The position numbers and the translations under genes were made by a program. A DNA stretch of 63,805 bases, the filler included. It is 16 parts of 16 records of this genome, joined end to end, with 100 filler letters (N's around TTAATTAATTAA, not from the genome) between each part and the next. Parts side by side here need not be neighbours in the genome. Positions count along the whole stretch, not along the records: positions 61,712 to 63,805 come from SRR11831580_5779; 15 more parts are not named here. One strand, given 5' to 3'. Under the pieces are notes generated by a model. The model was not told the DNA's origin and did no database searches. It worked only from the letters and a program-made list of their open reading frames with translations. Positions 62,679 through 63,805 of the stretch are shown piece by piece. Positions within the stretch are counted from its first letter, which is position 1, and every line of letters begins with the position of its first letter.

Positions 62679-63805
62679 TCACATCTGCATCTTGACCTGT
62701 TTATCCGCCTGCTTCTTCTTCATGTACCGCAAATATTTCTTGTATTTGGCGCTTTGCAAGAACTCTTTCTGCTTCTGCGCCTGCTGCTCCTTCAGCCGTT
62801 CAAACTGCTCTCGTGTTAGGTTGTTCAGCTTCATGTATTGTTCCTCCATTTCCGCCGCGGATAGAGTGGGCTGCATAAGATACTTGGCCAGCTAATAATG
62901 ATGATGACGTTGCGCAGACACGGTGAGACGTGCACGGAAGAAACAGAGAGGAGACCGAGAACAGAGAGGGACATGAAGCAGCTGTACATGACAGCACAAT
63001 ACGAAAACAAACAGAGAACAGACGTGGTCGAAGTGTGCCCCCCTGTTGCAGAGAGGTACGATAAACGTTACTGCGCAACAAAGATAACAAAACACCGCAT
63101 GCGTTACCAAACGCACACTACCCAGGACGAAACTGACATACCTTGTACAAGTAATACGGAATCATGACAATCTGTACCGGCAGCAGATCCTTCCATGTGG
63201 GCGGACTCACACCCACCACCTGCACACACACACATCAAAACCGACACATACACACGATATCCACGCCAGCTATGTGCACAGACACGCAACAACCATGCAG
63301 TACACACAAACACGACGACATACGTATATACATACGTAGCACATGAGCTCCCAAGAACTTATGACGATAATATTTACCAAATCCACGCAACCCGTTGACC
63401 AGTTGCAGGAAAGGTGTCTAAGATCTAACTCACAGATATCACACGACGAAACCGTACCTCCAGAGGTACATCGGGGTTTTCAATGCCTGCCTCTTTCTGT
63501 TTCTTGTACTCCAATTGATAGGATGCGGATTTCTTCGCCAAACGCATCACCTTGTGGTACTTGTTGCGCTGAAATATATGCTTGGCTGTAATTCAACGGA
63601 CACACACACAGTGTGAATCACACGGTACACAGGTGCTATGCTCGCTCAAACTCAAAACCGAAACCCCCCGAACCAGCGTACCTACGGTAATGACCGCGAA
63701 CAGGGAGGCGATCACGAGACGAACATCGTGAACAGGAGCGCCAAACCGATGCGCATAACGACCATAAATACGGGCCCCAAACGGAACACCGTCACGCCGC
63801 ATAGT
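62679..63805 (-). CDS. Eukaryotic DNAJC25-like gene, 3' part. Exons 63805-63682, 63585-63458, 63219-63142, 62891-62679
   Basis: Three GT..AG introns join in phase; peptides APVHDVRLVIASLFAVIT, PPTWKDLLPVQIVMIPYYL and KYKKYLRYMKK resemble DNAJC25 C-terminal blocks; the J-domain would lie outside the window. Confidence 0.62.

Noticed and set aside
63337-63418. Possible extra 82-nt exon (TPFLQLVNGLRGFGKYYRHKFLGAHVL) in the DNAJC25-like gene
   Set aside because: Including it would shift the frame of the conserved downstream exon; treated as intron.

Overview
This window is not one locus. It is a pseudomolecule of 16 contigs joined by 15 identical 100-bp linkers (44 N + TTAATTAATTAA + 44 N). Twelve contigs are Escherichia coli K-12-like fragments from distant chromosomal positions (trxB-cydDC-infA, tktA, mqsRA-parC, rppH-DARS2-mutH, mdlAB-glnK, mod-gal, dadAX, ugp-ggt, rhtB-metR, isc, aga, yjjI-deoC), most plausibly lab-strain contamination. 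Four contigs (21269-26840, 37497-40085, 56679-58803, 61712-63805) are eukaryotic, with short GT-AG introns; they carry a midasin-like gene, a P-loop NTPase-like gene and a DNAJC25-like gene. The standout is contig 37497-40085. It holds an intron-containing, stand-alone Ginger-like HHCC/DD35E integrase placed head-to-head with a gene whose visible N-terminus resembles a ParB domain. Nine copies of a 22-bp palindrome (GTTTGCTCATCGATGAGCAAAC) fall only inside predicted introns of these two genes. Seven of them form arrays with unique 21-25-bp spacers (period 43-47 bp), resembling both a parS/sopC-type centromere and a CRISPR-like array. Function is inferred, not shown. All family assignments come from recognising sequence by eye; no searches were run.
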